Source: Meyerozyma guilliermondii
Taxonomy: Eukaryota
Direction: 5' to 3'
NCBI GenBank assembly: GCA_051546255.1
Contig: CP128816.1
Coordinates: 124,001 to 188,000, forward strand
Length of the DNA: 64,000 bases
Part shown: one piece after another, positions 62,001-64,000 of the stretch
Position numbering within the stretch: the first letter of the stretch is position 1
Layout: every line of letters begins with the position of its first letter
Program-made: the position numbers and the translations under genes
Notes under the pieces: generated by a model
The model's database searches: none
Told to the model about the DNA's origin: nothing
Seen by the model: only the letters and a program-made list of their open reading frames with translations

Positions 62001-62028
62001 TGAAAAAAATGGCGATGCGATCACGTGA
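62001..62028. promoter_or_regulatory. RRPE-like, PAC-like and CACGTG elements upstream of DIP2
   Basis: TGAAAAAAAT 62001-62010; GCGATGCG 62012-62019 (1 mismatch to PAC); TCACGTGA 62021-62028. Confidence 0.5.
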
Positions 62029-62336
62029 TGTATCTGGTAGAGATGGTGTAAGTAGATGTGGATACCAGACTAAGTTTCAGAGTGTTCGATGTTTCTGTAT
62101 CATCTCTTTCGTACTAGAGCTTTCCTTGGCTTATTCTAATTTTTTCTGGTGGTTTTTTACCACCAAAAAAATATAGCCTCAAGACAGAATTGACTGCGAA
62201 AAGACTAATATCAATACCAATTAAAAAGGAACAACATAACAACTTCCCTACCACTTTTACTCCTATACATCATTTTAAGCACTAATGTGTACGTATAATT
62301 CATAAATATAAAAATCTGCAAAATTTGCCATTTTGT

Positions 62337-64000
62337 CTATATGATAAAGGCACCACTAATGAGCAAGACTACATACACCACTGCTTGCCATGGAGCCGAT
62401 ACAGATGTTGCAGCACCCTTCTTCTTGCCGGTGGATGTAGATGACGATTGCGAGCTGGATTTGGAACTGGAACTGGAACTGGAACCTGTAGGACTTGCAG
62501 CATCAGTGCTAGCAACGGCATCTTTGGAACCTCCATTCCAGCAGTATTTTTGAAAACATTTTTCACATTCAGAAGATTGCTTGATACCTCTGCGCTCCTG
62601 AGAACGTCTGATGATGGCACATCCCATACAAGTGGCCCATCCATCATCAGTAGTACCATTCTTTTGAGTGGTAACTTCAAATCCGTTTCTTATAACTCCC
62701 CATTTTTCATCGTTGTCGTAGGACATCTTGTAGGTGGAAGTGTTGGAGTTATAAGAGTGTCTATGGTTGGGCATGTACACCACCAAGGGAATATCGGTTT
62801 CGTTGATATTATTGTTTTTCAGCTGTTGAACAAGATCGGTCATATTCGAAGCATCGCATCCAAAGAACACAGGTCGCTTGTTGAGCTCTTTATCGACGAA
62901 TTCATCCACTGAAGGAACATATGGGAATGGCGTACCTCTTCCTTGAACCGAGTATTGACGCTGGTAGGTTTCCACGAGAGAAGAACCATTGGGCCAATTT
63001 TGGTTGGTATCGGCAGAATTGTCGTAGGCAAGAATTATGTCCAATTTACGAACCGTTTGGATCAATGGATACAAAGGAACATTTTGGTTGTCTTCTCCAC
63101 CATCGCACAAGTAGAGAGTATCGTTCTTGAGGACAGATCTCAGACCACCATACTCCGAGTCATAGAATGGATTTGGCTCGTATACTGCAATATCATCTTC
63201 ATCGTTGCTAACCAGTTTCAACAACTTGTTGAGAAGAGATTTAAGAACGCTGGGGATACTGGTTCCAGGAAGTCTCAAAATCACCTGGTTGAAAAGAGAA
63301 GAAGAAGTACCCAATACGAAACCAGCATTGTCGAAATTAGCGGTACATTTGTCATTTTTAGGATCACCACCCAGAACTCCACTTCCCAAGTATTTGACGT
63401 CGAAAAATGTGTGAACAGATGGATCCCACGATCCCATTTCGAAGGGATTGAACTCAAAAACAGTAGAGTTGCTGTTAATGATGTAAGTACCTGGGGTTCT
63501 TCCATCGGCAACCACCACTGGGAATGGCATTTCGTAGTCTTTGAAGCTGGACAAATCTTGAATGGAGGACCAGGTAACGTTCTCTCCACCTTGATCGCCT
63601 TCAAAAAATTGGTTGGAAAGGGCACGGCCCCAGATATCAGTAATCGAGGTCTCAAACCCAGCATCTTTTTTGGCGTTGAGAGCATCGTAAATATGCTTGT
63701 AGTACTCCACCGTTTTAATGACATTAATTCCATTAGGGTTGAAAATCGAGTCCTCCAAGTCCCAAATTTTCTTTTTTCCGGAATAAATATCAGCCACTGA
63801 GATCCAGTCGTTTAAAACCATCAGTCCAACAAGCCAGTTTCCACCGGATAAACCAGCAATATATGTCGAACTTTGCAACAAACCCCCAAGACCATTCTCC
63901 GAATCTTCCCCGTCGTATCTGTCGTCCAACCCCAAGAGCTCGCCAGCTCCACAGAGCATGGCACGGTATCCTCCTCCAGAAAACGCTACACCAATGGTGA
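62337..64000 (-). CDS. Lysophospholipase/phospholipase B, probably GPI-anchored (5' end beyond window)
   Basis: AFSGGGYRAM, GLSGG catalytic Ser, DGGED, WPNGSSL; Ser-rich stalk and hydrophobic C-terminal GPI-type signal. Confidence 0.93.
   Translation of the reverse strand, partial: TIGVAFSGGGYRAMLCGAGELLGLDDRYDGEDSENGLGGLLQSSTYIAGLSGGNWLVGLMVLNDWISVADIYSGKKKIWDLEDSIFNPNGINVIKTVEYYKHIYDALNAKKDAGFETSITDIWGRALSNQFFEGDQGGENVTWSSIQDLSSFKDYEMPFPVVVADGRTPGTYIINSNSTVFEFNPFEMGSWDPSVHTFFDVKYLGSGVLGGDPKNDKCTANFDNAGFVLGTSSSLFNQVILRLPGTSIPSVLKSLLNKLLKLVSNDEDDIAVYEPNPFYDSEYGGLRSVLKNDTLYLCDGGEDNQNVPLYPLIQTVRKLDIILAYDNSADTNQNWPNGSSLVETYQRQYSVQGRGTPFPYVPSVDEFVDKELNKRPVFFGCDASNMTDLVQQLKNNNINETDIPLVVYMPNHRHSYNSNTSTYKMSYDNDEKWGVIRNGFEVTTQKNGTTDDGWATCMGCAIIRRSQERRGIKQSSECEKCFQKYCWNGGSKDAVASTDAASPTGSSSSSSSKSSSQSSSTSTGKKKGAATSVSAPWQAVVYVVLLISGAFII

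Overview
Gene-dense eukaryotic (budding yeast) chromosomal segment, almost certainly from the CTG(Ser) clade. CTG codons fall at conserved Ser positions, so the supplied translations misread some Ser as Leu. Composition, very short introns and gene order suggest a Meyerozyma/Debaryomycetaceae-type genome (inference). It holds about 36 protein-coding genes, mostly housekeeping: POT1, PUS5, ATG32, a Zn-dehydrogenase, a BUR2-like cyclin, a DHA2 MFS transporter, eIF3f, IFH1, BYE1, RAD9, PUT1, SLS1, MCP2/CQD2, UTP13, a WOR2-like Zn cluster factor, SRC1/HEH1, GIR2, NBP2, RRN5, SNX3, ADH2, TKL1, OPY2, NOT5, LTP1, GAL11, DIP2 and a phospholipase B. There is one tRNA-Ala(CGC) and there are several orphan ORFs. 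No transposon or CRISPR is evident. Most notable: (1) an intact IRE1 kinase-domain fragment stranded just upstream of the tRNA; (2) a hidden 42/46-nt SRC1 intron with overlapping GCAAGT/GTTAGC donors that predicts long, short and intron-retained isoforms; (3) a small orphan protein whose strand/helix pattern resembles the Rhodococcus Vap beta-barrel; (4) TGCAT-rich flanks around the WOR2-like gene; (5) several repeat expansions (Rad9 TQ 11-mers, Src1 TPK array, His/Asp tract in an F-box protein). All gene names come from motif recognition by eye, not from database searches.
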